A DNA stretch of 64,000 nucleotides from Candidatus Woesebacteria bacterium (GCA_963716475.1 OY970314.1:564790-628789), one strand, 5' to 3'. Counted from the stretch's first letter, positions 28,640 to 38,628 are shown. Notes: generated from the letters alone by a model not told the origin. Translations and numbers: made by a program.

Positions 28640-29738
28640 CCAGGTTGTACATCAGGTAGTTAAAGGGAAGCACCAAAACCACAATTATGAAAGGTAGTGT
28701 TATCTGTCTTGCCCCGACGCCTAACACTTTGTCACTTATTATTCCTGCAACAGTTTGAATAAGAAGGGCTCCCAAGGAGGTGCCATTGAAAGTTAGAAAC
28801 TTCTTGATGAGTGCGGCAAAGCCCGTAATTCTTTCACTCTTAAAAGTCCAGATGTTATTCAAGGTAAAGTTACTTATAATCGAAAGCTCGACAGGGACAG
28901 ACCAAGCAATTAAATTTGGAGAATTTAGCCCAGTCAGAATTTTTAGGGTAATTGCATTAATCAAATAGCCGACAAAACCCACCGTCCCGAATTTAATAAA
29001 CCTTTGTTTATCCAGAATTCCTAAAATAATTGCAAGTTTAAATGTCGAAACCATTTCCTTCCAGTTAAATTTGGATTTGTCTTTCGTACGGGCCTCAAAC
29101 TCAAGAGGAACTTCCACAGTCTTACCCGAGTTTTTAATTGATTGATAGAGAAGATCAACCTTATACGCAAACCTGTCAAGGTCTCTTAACTTCGTAAGTT
29201 CAATCTTATTTAACACTCCGTCAACTTTTGTTAATCTGAAACCTGTCGTTAAATCGTGAATTCTGAAATTAAGAAGAACGGTTCGGATAAACAAATTTCC
29301 AAAGAAACTTACCGCCTTCCGGCTCGCCGCCCACTCCTTAGGAACCGACCCTCCCTTAATATACCTGCTACCAATCACGTACTCAGCGCCATTCAGGTAT
29401 GCATCAACCATTGGTTTAACAAAGCGCGGCGGGTGTTGAAAATCGGCATCCATTTCCATAACTGCATCCGCGTGAAGTTCGTTAACGGCAAATTGCATCC
29501 CCCTTACATAAGCCCAACCCAACCCCGGTTTATCCTGCTCCAGAATATGAACATGCTTGTAAGCATTTGAGGCATCTTCTACGATTTCTGTTGTTCCGTC
29601 AGTTGAATGATTATCAACAATTAGAAGCTGCATATCGGCGTTGATTGTGGGGAATTCCCTTTTTACGAGCTCCTCAATCATCCTTTTAATATTCTCGACC
29701 TCGTTCCAAGCCGGCATCACTATCACAACTTTGTTCAT
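28596..29738 (-). CDS. fusion protein: Dpm1/GtrB-like polyprenyl-phosphate glycosyltransferase (GT2) plus C-terminal GtrA-like flippase domain
   Basis: N-terminal motifs VVIVMPAWNEVENI, LLIVDNHSTDGT and MEMDADFQHPP. The C-terminal 4-TM segment FIKFGTVGFVGYLINAITLKIL...NIWTF is GtrA-like. The start is re-called to ATG MNKVVIV at about 29738. The tracked ORF extends to 29903 and would overlap trmD. Confidence 0.75.
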   Translation of the reverse strand: MNKVVIVMPAWNEVENIKRMIEELVKREFPTINADMQLLIVDNHSTDGTTEIVEDASNAYKHVHILEQDKPGLGWAYVRGMQFAVNELHADAVMEMDADFQHPPRFVKPMVDAYLNGAEYVIGSRYIKGGSVPKEWAASRKAVSFFGNLFIRTVLLNFRIHDLTTGFRLTKVDGVLNKIELTKLRDLDRFAYKVDLLYQSIKNSGKTVEVPLEFEARTKDKSKFNWKEMVSTFKLAIILGILDKQRFIKFGTVGFVGYLINAITLKILTGLNSPNLIAWSVPVELSIISNFTLNNIWTFKSERITGFAALIKKFLTFNGTSLGALLIQTVAGIISDKVLGVGARQITLPFIIVVLVLPFNYLMYNLVIWKTWKLPWAKKS

Positions 29739-29760
29739 AGACAAATGATACAATATCATT

Positions 29761-30387
29761 GTGAAAATCGATATACTCACTCTTTTCCCCGACATGTTTG
29801 CCGGGCCTTTTGACGCCTCGATTGTTAAACGTGCCGAAAGCCAGGATTTAATTAAAATTGAAGTCCATGATTTGAGAAACTGGGGCGAAACCCATAGACG
29901 CAATGTTGATGATAGACCCTATGGGGGCGGGGTAGGAATGATACTCCGAGTCGATATTATCGATAACGCTTTGAAAGCATTAAGAACTGAAAAATCTCAC
30001 GTAGTTTTACTTGACGCCACAGGTGAAAAATTTGTTCAGAAAAAAGCTGTAAAACTTTCCAAACTCAATCATATCATTCTCATTGCAGGCCACTATGAAG
30101 GGGTTGACCATCGGGTTCACGAACATCTGGTTAATGAAGTAATTTCAATCGGAGATTATGTTTTGACAGGAGGAGAAATCCCGGCGATGGTTCTGGTTGA
30201 CAGTATTATCAGATTAATTCCCGGAGTTTTGGGAAAAGACGAGTCTTCCATCGATGAATCACACAAAGAACCGGGATATTTGGAATACCCCCAATACACA
30301 AGACCTGAAAATTACAAAGGCTGGAATGTTCCAAAAATTCTTCTTTCGGGAAACCACAAGGAGATTGAAAGGTGGAGAAAGTCTTAA
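29761..30387 (+). CDS. trmD: tRNA (guanine37-N1)-methyltransferase
   Basis: MKIDILTLFPDMF... and LIAGHYEGVDHRV...VLTGGEIPAMVLVDSIIRLIPGVLG match the SPOUT/TrmD family. It apparently starts at GTG. Confidence 0.9.
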   Translation: MKIDILTLFPDMFAGPFDASIVKRAESQDLIKIEVHDLRNWGETHRRNVDDRPYGGGVGMILRVDIIDNALKALRTEKSHVVLLDATGEKFVQKKAVKLSKLNHIILIAGHYEGVDHRVHEHLVNEVISIGDYVLTGGEIPAMVLVDSIIRLIPGVLGKDESSIDESHKEPGYLEYPQYTRPENYKGWNVPKILLSGNHKEIERWRKS

Positions 30388-32156
30388 ATTTCCTTCTTCC
30401 ATCCCGAAGACGGGGCAGTTACCCTACCAAATTTTTGACCGGCCCAGAGGACGGCGGTTACCAAAAAGTATTGAAAAACACCGTGATACCATTTCGCTGC
30501 TTTTACCAATCTTTCATTGGATACGGAAAGACCCGCCTTTTTAGATGCCTGGCCATGAAAGTGAATAAATTCTGCAGTAGGAACATAGTACACCGGAATA
30601 TTATTCGCTTTTGCCCTTCGGCAATAATCAATATCTTCAAAATACATAATGGTTGCTTCCTCAACAATTCCAATTTCGTTTATCACCCGATTCGGAATTA
30701 GAAAACAGGCCATTACTGCAACTTCTACCTTGGTAATACTCGTTGCCGATGGAGTAAACATAAAGTACCGGCCACGGCGCCCCAAAAAATACTCTTCAAA
30801 GGCATGCCAGGGTGTTGGAAGCATGAAACAGGAGTCTTGTGGTTTTCCGTTGCCGAAAAGCAGTTTTCCACAATAAATAGCCATATCACCAAGGCCTTCA
30901 ACCGCCTTGATAAGGTTCGATATGCTGTTCGGCTTTACCTTGATATCCGAATTAAGCATTAAGATATACCTCCCCAAGGAAAAATTAATCATTTGATTAT
31001 TTCCCCGTGCAAACCCGTTATTTGCTTTATTGGAAATAAATTTGATATTTGGGTAGGCGTTTAAAACTTCCGTTTTGCAGGATTCATCCGGAGAATTATC
31101 CAAAACTATTACTTCCGTCCCTCCCCTAACCTTATCAAAACCGGATCTTCCTTCAAAAACACTTTTTAAAAGCTGAAGAATCAGACCGGTTGTTTTGTAA
31201 TTAATAACAATAATAGAAAGTCCGAGAGGATATTCTATATTTTCCGGCTCCCTAGCCCCTTTCCAACCCCAAACTCCCCGATAATAGTCGATGATTCCTT
31301 CCTTTTGGGCTGGCCTTCCTTTTACTAGGAGCTTAAGAGCTTCCCTAAATAAGGCAAATCTTGTCCTAAAACCGGCATATTTATTGCCAATCCATAATCT
31401 ATTCCTTGTAATAAGATAGTCGCTCCAGGAAGAACCGATCCCGGTAGTCCGTGATACCTTGTGATAAATATATGCGCTCCCTGTATACCATTGTTCGTAC
31501 CCTGCGCGTTTTACCCGCTCAATCCAATCCGCATCTTCATAATAGGCAAATAATTTTTCCTCGAAGTAACCCACATTCTCGACCACTTCGCGCTTAACGA
31601 GAACGCAGCACCCGGTTATATAATTTGTTCTTTCGGTATTACCAAATTGTCCTTTATCAACTTTATCTATACCTCGATGAACGGATTTAACATTATTCCA
31701 ATCGAAACTGCCACCTGCGTACCAGACAACATTTCCCCGGTCATTTTTTGTATATTTATCTTTATAAAATTCATATCCGGGAGCGAAATATATTTTGGGG
31801 GAAACAAGTCCCGCCTTAGGATTAGTTTCAAAAACCCCAATCAACTTCTTTAATAAATTCCTATCCGGGAAAAGTGTATCGTTATTTATAATTAATATAA
31901 AATCTGCACCCCACTCCTTGGCGTATTTCATCCCGATATTAAATCCGCCGGCAAATCCCAAATTCTTACCGGTCTGCTTCCAAATTACATGAGGAAATTT
32001 TTCTATGACATCACGTACGGAAACATCAGAACCGTTATCAACTACGAGCCACAACATATTTAAACCTTCTGTATCCAGATTTTTTGCCGACTCGAGATAC
32101 TCCTTGGTATCCCGATGATTATTAAAGTCAACTGTGACAACCGCTACTTTAGTCAT
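30384..32156 (-). CDS. two-domain family 2 glycosyltransferase (tandem GT-A modules)
   Basis: Module 1 has VAVVTVDFNNHRDT, LVVDNGSDVS and IINNDTLF. Module 2 has LSIIVINYKTTGLI, IVLDNSPDES and MLNSDIKV. Confidence 0.8.
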   Translation of the reverse strand: MTKVAVVTVDFNNHRDTKEYLESAKNLDTEGLNMLWLVVDNGSDVSVRDVIEKFPHVIWKQTGKNLGFAGGFNIGMKYAKEWGADFILIINNDTLFPDRNLLKKLIGVFETNPKAGLVSPKIYFAPGYEFYKDKYTKNDRGNVVWYAGGSFDWNNVKSVHRGIDKVDKGQFGNTERTNYITGCCVLVKREVVENVGYFEEKLFAYYEDADWIERVKRAGYEQWYTGSAYIYHKVSRTTGIGSSWSDYLITRNRLWIGNKYAGFRTRFALFREALKLLVKGRPAQKEGIIDYYRGVWGWKGAREPENIEYPLGLSIIVINYKTTGLILQLLKSVFEGRSGFDKVRGGTEVIVLDNSPDESCKTEVLNAYPNIKFISNKANNGFARGNNQMINFSLGRYILMLNSDIKVKPNSISNLIKAVEGLGDMAIYCGKLLFGNGKPQDSCFMLPTPWHAFEEYFLGRRGRYFMFTPSATSITKVEVAVMACFLIPNRVINEIGIVEEATIMYFEDIDYCRRAKANNIPVYYVPTAEFIHFHGQASKKAGLSVSNERLVKAAKWYHGVFQYFLVTAVLWAGQKFGRVTAPSSGWKKEI

Positions 32157-33055
32157 AAAACTTTTAAAATATCATGGTAAATTCCGGCCCGGAGTTTATC
32201 CCCCGTCAGACCAAAAACTAACCACCTTTCTACTACACCAAACCAAATAACAACTTTCATCATAAAATCGTAATCCGGATAGTATTTCTTAAGGTAATAT
32301 CTTAGCCCCTGGATTTCACGGTTTAAAGGCTTCCCGATGTCATGGCCTGAGCTGGCCTTATCCAAATGGGTTATCTCAAATGAGGGCGTGTACCAAATTG
32401 CAAACCCCTGATCATTTATCCTACGGCTCCATTCAACCTCCTCCATGTACATAAAAAATTTTTCATCGAAGCCTTTGGTTTTTTCTACAACCTCACGCTT
32501 CATAAATAAAAACGCCCCCATAACCCAGCCCAGCTTACGATCCTTATCAAAAAATTGCTTTTGCTTAGGATGAACAGGCTTTAGTGAAAATTTATCCAAT
32601 CCAAACATCCATAGCATCGTATTAAAGGGGTCAGGCAAGTAACCTGCTGAGGGCTGCATTTTACCGTCTACAAATTTTAGCTTGCACCCTAAGACATCGC
32701 AGTTTTCGTTATAATTCATAAACCGGACAGCCTTCGATAAGGTTTCAGGAGCTACTAATGAATCCGTGTTAAGGAACAAATAATATTTTGTTTTTTTATT
32801 TGAAATTTTAATACCTAAATTATTTCCTTTGGCAAATCCTGTATTTTCTCCAGGATCCAAAAGTTTTACCCATGAATATTTGTTTTTAACAATCTCCCCT
32901 GTCCCATCCGTCCCGTTTTCGATAAGAATCGTCTCAACAGGTTTCTCTAAATAGTCAATACTTTTTTTCAATTTATCCAAACACTGAGAAGTCAGATCTT
33001 TGGTGTTATAAGAACAAATAATTACCGATATTTCAGGAGCAACACTGTTATGCAT
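32153..33055 (-). CDS. family 2 glycosyltransferase
   Basis: Motifs ISVIICSYNTKDL, LIENGTDGTG and FLNTDSLV. Confidence 0.8.
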   Translation of the reverse strand: MHNSVAPEISVIICSYNTKDLTSQCLDKLKKSIDYLEKPVETILIENGTDGTGEIVKNKYSWVKLLDPGENTGFAKGNNLGIKISNKKTKYYLFLNTDSLVAPETLSKAVRFMNYNENCDVLGCKLKFVDGKMQPSAGYLPDPFNTMLWMFGLDKFSLKPVHPKQKQFFDKDRKLGWVMGAFLFMKREVVEKTKGFDEKFFMYMEEVEWSRRINDQGFAIWYTPSFEITHLDKASSGHDIGKPLNREIQGLRYYLKKYYPDYDFMMKVVIWFGVVERWLVFGLTGDKLRAGIYHDILKVL

Positions 33056-33950
33056 AATTTATCCCTTTTTCGATTTTCCACAAACGGTATTTTTCTAACA
33101 TTGAGATTCCCAGTTTTACAATAATCATAACCGGCCATGGCCCAAGCTCTTTCCAATGCTTATTGATAAATATTCTCATTGCACTTGCGGCTGACTTTGC
33201 AGATTTTATTTTTGTTTCTTTGGTTACATCTTCTTTGGAAGTAGACCATAAACCGGATGATGATCCTTTGTAGTGCATTATTGTCTCCGACGGTTCATAC
33301 CAAATCTTATATCCAGCCTTTTTTATACGGTAGCAAAATTCAATGTCTTCACCATTCCACCAATAGTCAGTATCCCACCAATTAATTTTATCCAGAACTT
33401 TCCGCTTAACCATCAAAAATGTTCCGGAGATGCAGTCAATATAATGGCTTTTGTTTACATCCAAATAAGTAGCTTCATAACCTGCAAAAATTTGAGATTT
33501 GGGAAAAGACTTAGAAAGTTTGGTCCAAAAACAAAAGGTATTCCAAACCGTGGGAAGCCCACGATGGCAGGAATAATCTATTTTGCCGTTCGGTAACATC
33601 ACTTTGCAGGTTATAGCTCCCAGCTCGCTCCTTCCCGTCAGAATTTTCAGACATTTTTCTATCGCCCTACCTTTTACTTCCGTATCAGGGTTTAAAAACA
33701 AAACCGAGTCTCCCTTGGTAGCTTTCCGGGCTAAATTATTACCCGCAGCAAACCCCGAATTGGTAACATTTATAACCAGGTCAACTTCGGGGAAATTTTT
33801 CCTGATCATGTCAACGCTGCCATCAGACGAAGAATTATCGACTACTATAATTTGGAGGCTTTTGTCATTATATGTATCGTAAATTGCCTGAATAGCTTTC
33901 TTAAGCAATTTTTCTACATTATAAGATAGAATTATTACGGACAAGGCCAT
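33048..33950 (-). CDS. family 2 glycosyltransferase
   Basis: Motifs LSVIILSYNVEKLL, IVVDNSSSDGS and FLNPDTEV. Confidence 0.8.
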   Translation of the reverse strand: MALSVIILSYNVEKLLKKAIQAIYDTYNDKSLQIIVVDNSSSDGSVDMIRKNFPEVDLVINVTNSGFAAGNNLARKATKGDSVLFLNPDTEVKGRAIEKCLKILTGRSELGAITCKVMLPNGKIDYSCHRGLPTVWNTFCFWTKLSKSFPKSQIFAGYEATYLDVNKSHYIDCISGTFLMVKRKVLDKINWWDTDYWWNGEDIEFCYRIKKAGYKIWYEPSETIMHYKGSSSGLWSTSKEDVTKETKIKSAKSAASAMRIFINKHWKELGPWPVMIIVKLGISMLEKYRLWKIEKGINYA

Positions 33951-33959
33951 ACGAGGCTA

Positions 33960-34856
33960 TTATACAGCTCTCTTAACAAGCATATCTACTATCTGCCTCC
34001 AGGAGCTAAATTTAATTCCCAATTCTTTCTCGCTTGTTTCAACCTTTAACCCGCCAAATTTTGGGTATCTGACAGGGTTATCTGTGGTTTTTAGAAAATC
34101 ACCCAAGCTGATTCCTTCTACCGCATCTTTCTCCCCTCTGGCTTTCTCAATCAAATAAGACACCAATTTAAACGGAGTTGTTATATCACGGGAGCCGGCG
34201 TGGAATATCCCATGAAGATTATTGTCAATTATTTTCTCTAAAGCCATTGCAACCTCGTCTACAAATGCAATTGAAACTTGCTGATCCGTAAACATCGGGT
34301 AAAGTTCCCCGGCGTCAAACAGTGAAAGCGGTTTTCTTAAATAGTCGGGCTTTAAATCATATTTGGCACTCACCGGATAAATCAATCTTAAAATCGTCGC
34401 ATCCTTCCCAAACTTGCTAATCACTTCCTCTTCCCCAAGATTTTTTGTATAGCCATACCAAGTCAGTTCATCCTCTTTAAAAGTAGTCGGGTGATTTTCC
34501 TCATATGGTCCCGGGTCTTTTTCGGATCCCGGAAAAACCATATCCGTAGATATTTGAATAAAACGGCATTTTGGAGGCAACGCCTCAATCAGATTTTTAA
34601 CTCCGATAACATTTACCTTGTAGCAGTCCGCATTTTCGTCGCCTCTTTGTTTTTCGGCTTCTCCAACATTTGTGTAGGCTGCAAAGTTGACTATAACGTC
34701 GGGGTTTGTTTCTCTTACTGTATTAAATACGTTTTTTTTATCCGTCAGATCAAAATGAGGGTACCCCGGAGTTATAAAATCATACTTGGTTCTATATAGC
34801 CCAACAAATTTAGACCCGACTAAACCTGAAGCCCCCGTAACCAGTATCTTCTTCAT
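33960..34856 (-). CDS. rmlD: dTDP-4-dehydrorhamnose reductase
   Basis: SDR-type sequence ILVTGASGLVGS and FAAYTNVGEAE. A YGYTK catalytic YxxxK is present. It sits next to rmlC and rmlB. Confidence 0.8.
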   Translation of the reverse strand: MKKILVTGASGLVGSKFVGLYRTKYDFITPGYPHFDLTDKKNVFNTVRETNPDVIVNFAAYTNVGEAEKQRGDENADCYKVNVIGVKNLIEALPPKCRFIQISTDMVFPGSEKDPGPYEENHPTTFKEDELTWYGYTKNLGEEEVISKFGKDATILRLIYPVSAKYDLKPDYLRKPLSLFDAGELYPMFTDQQVSIAFVDEVAMALEKIIDNNLHGIFHAGSRDITTPFKLVSYLIEKARGEKDAVEGISLGDFLKTTDNPVRYPKFGGLKVETSEKELGIKFSSWRQIVDMLVKRAV

Positions 34857-35413
34857 CTTCCTTTAAACTTATCTGGAAACACGTTCCTTAACCTGGGGTT
34901 GGCTTTATCTCTATCCGAAATGATGGGTTTTTTGACCGGCCATATAATCGCCAAGTCGGGATCATCCCAGGCAATTCCTTTAGCCTTTGAGTCATCCCAA
35001 TACTCATCTACCAAGTATATATAGTGAAGATCTTGATCCCCTAGGGCACAGATAGAATTGCCTATTCCGCCACTCGGAAGAAAAAGGGCCTGATGGGGTG
35101 AATCTTCTTTCGTATTATCGATGGTTATATATTCGATTTTCTTAAATGTGGGGCTTTCCGGCCTAAGATCCACTATCGGTGCATATAAAATACCGGTTAC
35201 CGGATAAATTAATTTATTCCAATTTTCGGTATGTATCGCCCTTATTACCCCCGGCCTACTAAGCGAATGACTCAACTGAAGGGAATCAAATTTGATACCC
35301 GTTGCCACTTCCAATTCGTCTTTACGAAAAACCTCATGGAAAAAACCCCGCGAGTCTTTGTGTATCGGCCTCTCAATCAAAACCACTCCCGGAATTGATG
35401 TTTTTATAATCAT
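34853..35413 (-). CDS. rmlC: dTDP-4-dehydrorhamnose 3,5-epimerase
   Basis: IPGVVLIERPIHKDSRGFFHEVF and the cupin pattern match RmlC. Confidence 0.85.
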   Translation of the reverse strand: MIIKTSIPGVVLIERPIHKDSRGFFHEVFRKDELEVATGIKFDSLQLSHSLSRPGVIRAIHTENWNKLIYPVTGILYAPIVDLRPESPTFKKIEYITIDNTKEDSPHQALFLPSGGIGNSICALGDQDLHYIYLVDEYWDDSKAKGIAWDDPDLAIIWPVKKPIISDRDKANPRLRNVFPDKFKGR

Positions 35414-36417
35414 GTTTGTCCTGTTTTCTGATACAACTTATCTGCTTCCGCTTTCAAAGGTCTCCACCACCATTCGTTTCCCTTATACCATTCGACAGTC
35501 CTGGCTAACTGGTCTTCAAAATCAAAAGCAGGCTTCCAACCAAGGGTTTCGTTTATTTTAGTCCAATCAACTGCATATTTTCTATCGTGGCCGGGTCTAT
35601 CATTAACAAATTTAATTGCCGATTTATCTTTCTTAAATATCTTAATAAGCATACCGGCTACCTCAAGATTTGAAATATTCTCGGTCATTCCACCGATCAT
35701 GTAGGTCTCTCCAACTTTTCCATCTTTTAGTACCAATTCAATCGCCCTCACATGATCTTCCACATATAACCAATCGCGGACATTTAATCCATCGCCATAA
35801 ATTTTAACCTCGTTCCCATCTATGAGATCCGTAACCATTCTGGGAATAAATTTCTCCGGATCCTGAAATGGTCCAAAATTGTTGGAGCAGTTGGTAATAG
35901 TTACGGGAAGACTGTAGGTATGAAAATAGGATCTGACCAAATGATCGGACGAGGCCTTGGAGGCAGCATACGGACTCCTGGGAGCATACGGAGTCTCCTC
36001 ATCAAATTTCTCTTTAGAATCTATAGCCAAAGACCCGAAAACTTCATCGGTTGAAATATGATTAAATCTTTTTATATTATTCTCACGGGCTGAATCCAAA
36101 AGGATCTGTGTTCCTTCGATGTTTGTTTTCACGAAGATGTCAGGCCCCACTATGGATCTGTCTACGTGAGACTCTGCGGCGAAATGAACAACATAATCCG
36201 CACCATCCATCGCCTTCTTGGCTGTCTTTCGGTCACAAATATCTCCTTCAATAAATTTATATTTAGGGTTCTTTTCAAAATCCTTAGTTGAAGAAAGATG
36301 TCCTGCATAAGTCAGTTTATCCAAATTAACAATGTCGTCACCTTTGTGATTTCTTAACCAATATCTAATAAAGTTTGATCCGATGAATCCGGCACCGCCT
36401 GTGACAAGAAGTTTCAT
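35410..36417 (-). CDS. rmlB: dTDP-glucose 4,6-dehydratase
   Basis: LLVTGGAGFIGSNF, HFAAESHVDRS, STDEVFG and YAASKASSDHLV (YxxxK) are present. Confidence 0.9.
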   Translation of the reverse strand: MKLLVTGGAGFIGSNFIRYWLRNHKGDDIVNLDKLTYAGHLSSTKDFEKNPKYKFIEGDICDRKTAKKAMDGADYVVHFAAESHVDRSIVGPDIFVKTNIEGTQILLDSARENNIKRFNHISTDEVFGSLAIDSKEKFDEETPYAPRSPYAASKASSDHLVRSYFHTYSLPVTITNCSNNFGPFQDPEKFIPRMVTDLIDGNEVKIYGDGLNVRDWLYVEDHVRAIELVLKDGKVGETYMIGGMTENISNLEVAGMLIKIFKKDKSAIKFVNDRPGHDRKYAVDWTKINETLGWKPAFDFEDQLARTVEWYKGNEWWWRPLKAEADKLYQKTGQT

Positions 36418-36425
36418 TATTTATA

Positions 36426-37160
36426 TTAAGCCGCACCTTCCGAATATCCGCTTTTGGCAGCCCAGTAGCTACTTGCCTTAAAAAGGCTTGCGAAAGTTCC
36501 CGCGTCAGTCCAAAACCCATTTAGCTCCGCCCAACCCAGGGCATGCTTTTCTATATAAGCGTTATTAACATCGGTAATCTCAAGCTGGCCCCTTCCGGAC
36601 GGTTTAATCCTTTTAATTGTTTCAAAAACCGAATGATCAAAAATGTATAAACCCGTTACGGCATGGTTGGACTTAGGCTTATCCGGTTTTTCTTCAATCT
36701 TTACTATTCTTTTTTCATTATCAAACTCAGGAACACCATAACGCTCGGGGTCCGGCACGTTTTTCAAAAAAACAAACGCACCTTCTTTAAATGAAGACAC
36801 TTCTTTCTTGATATCCGCGTCGGTTGTGTTATCGCCAAGAATTACAATAATTGGCCCGTTATCAGAAAAGTCTTCCGCTAAGGCCAGAGCATCGGCAATT
36901 CCCCCATCGGGCTTCTCCTGAAATGCATATTCAAGATGATTCAAGCCTAACTCTTTTCCGTTTTTCAGGACTCTTAAAAAATGTCCAGCATGTGGCCCGC
37001 TTGATACTACCAAAACATCTTTCACTCCAGCCTTAACAAGCGTTTCTATGGGATAATAAATCATGGGCTTGTCGTAAACAGGAAGTAGATGTTTATTTGT
37101 CGCCCAAGTGAGAGGATAGAGCCTAGTTCCCAAGCCTCCTGCCAGAATAACCCCCTTCAT
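36426..37160 (-). CDS. rmlA: glucose-1-phosphate thymidylyltransferase, short form
   Basis: GVILAGGLGTRLYPLT...KHLLPVYDKPMIYYP and LEITDVN match RmlA. It is colinear with RmlA except for a truncated C-terminus. Confidence 0.75.
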   Translation of the reverse strand: MKGVILAGGLGTRLYPLTWATNKHLLPVYDKPMIYYPIETLVKAGVKDVLVVSSGPHAGHFLRVLKNGKELGLNHLEYAFQEKPDGGIADALALAEDFSDNGPIIVILGDNTTDADIKKEVSSFKEGAFVFLKNVPDPERYGVPEFDNEKRIVKIEEKPDKPKSNHAVTGLYIFDHSVFETIKRIKPSGRGQLEITDVNNAYIEKHALGWAELNGFWTDAGTFASLFKASSYWAAKSGYSEGAA

Positions 37161-37179
37161 AGATAATGTATATTATATC

Positions 37180-37680
37180 TCAGGTGTGCTTATCTGCAAC
37201 AGTAGAAGCTCCCCAGCTATCAGGCTTGGTTTTAGCCTTATAGCCGTTTCCCTGAACCATACCTACCACCTCTTTTATCATTTCGCGGGTGGGTCCCATA
37301 GGGCCAACATCTATGTGAATCTCCAGGTCGTACTTGGCAGGCGGAACTGCTTGTCTTAAAAGAGGTACTATTTCTGCGGCAGTGGCCAAAGACATGGTCG
37401 TTTCTGTATATATTTTATCCCTTAAAACAGGCACTTTTTGCATTTTTACCTTTTTCCAAAAATATCTTGCGCCGCTTCCGGTTCTATGCACAATCAGAGC
37501 CGTGACATAGTCTATTTCGCCCACTCCCTTTATATGCTTAGCCTGCGAATCCGAGCCTATTACGACACGATAAAATCTCTCAGGCTCCTCATTGATAAAT
37601 TCCGATATATCCGAGACTGCCTGAGACGGAGTCATTTCACCTTTGGTTGGACTAATAAACAGACCGTCTTTCATATCCAT
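37180..37680 (-). CDS. YkuK/DUF458-like RNase H-fold protein (tentative)
   Basis: 166 aa with motifs VIGSDSQ and DYVTALIVH. It lies between rmlA and galU. The family call is from memory of the DUF458 signature only. Confidence 0.4.
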   Translation of the reverse strand: MDMKDGLFISPTKGEMTPSQAVSDISEFINEEPERFYRVVIGSDSQAKHIKGVGEIDYVTALIVHRTGSGARYFWKKVKMQKVPVLRDKIYTETTMSLATAAEIVPLLRQAVPPAKYDLEIHIDVGPMGPTREMIKEVVGMVQGNGYKAKTKPDSWGASTVADKHT

Positions 37681-37716
37681 AGTAGGCTCAAATTATACGC
37701 TTTTTGTACCTTGAAG

Positions 37717-38616
37717 TTAAATATCGAGTGATTTAAGGAATTCCCGAAACTTATCACTTAGCTCCCTGTGTTTTAGAGCAAATTCGACTACTGTTTTAAG
37801 ATATTCAAGTTTATTACCAGTATCATAATATTTACCGTCTTTAATCTCTTTCGCATAAATTGCTTTCCCGTCGTTAAGCATCAGTTTAAGGGCATCGTTA
37901 TAGTAAAACTCATCACCCTCGTTAAGATTGTCCTCGGCCTCCTTAAGATAGGTAAAGATATCCTGCGTAAATAAAAAGCCTGAAACATTGGCTAAATCTG
38001 ACGGTGCATTTTCCTTACCGGGTTTTTCTACAACTTCTCTTATCTTCATAACACCGTCTTCGATCATCTCCCCGCCGGCAAAACCGTACCTGTCATAATC
38101 TTCGTCTTTTGTAGCCTTAATGCTGCCAAGAACACTTCCACCGTATTTTTCATATGTTTCTATGAGCTGTCTGAATCTTGACGGATTTGCCACGATAAAA
38201 TCATCACTCCAGGTATAAATAAAGGGTTCGTCACCAACGATATGCTGAACGTTAAGGAGTGGAGTGCCGTTTCCGTATGGACCCTTTTGCCTTACATAAA
38301 TAAAATTTGCCATTTCAGAGATTTTTTCGACTTCATCAAGAAGTGGCTTTTTCTTATCCCCGCCCATTCGCAGGTTTTCAATAAGATCTAAGTTCGGCAT
38401 GTCAAAATGGTCTTCAATTGTACGCTTGTGGTACCCGGTAACTATAATTATATCTTTTATACCGGCTTCCACGAGCTCTTCAACAACATACTGAATCACG
38501 GGTTTATCAACTATCGGAAGCATCTCTTTGGGCATTGCCTTTGTTTGGGGAAGAAAACGCGTGCCGAAGCCCGCTGCCGGGATCACCGCTTTCCTAACTT
38601 TCTGAATATTAGGCAT
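37717..38616 (-). CDS. galU: UTP--glucose-1-phosphate uridylyltransferase
   Basis: KAVIPAAGFGTRFLP...KEMLPIVDKPVIQYVVEE, YVRQKGPYGNG and LGDEPF... match GalU. Confidence 0.85.
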   Translation of the reverse strand: MPNIQKVRKAVIPAAGFGTRFLPQTKAMPKEMLPIVDKPVIQYVVEELVEAGIKDIIIVTGYHKRTIEDHFDMPNLDLIENLRMGGDKKKPLLDEVEKISEMANFIYVRQKGPYGNGTPLLNVQHIVGDEPFIYTWSDDFIVANPSRFRQLIETYEKYGGSVLGSIKATKDEDYDRYGFAGGEMIEDGVMKIREVVEKPGKENAPSDLANVSGFLFTQDIFTYLKEAEDNLNEGDEFYYNDALKLMLNDGKAIYAKEIKDGKYYDTGNKLEYLKTVVEFALKHRELSDKFREFLKSLDI

Positions 38617-38628
38617 GATTGAAGTATA

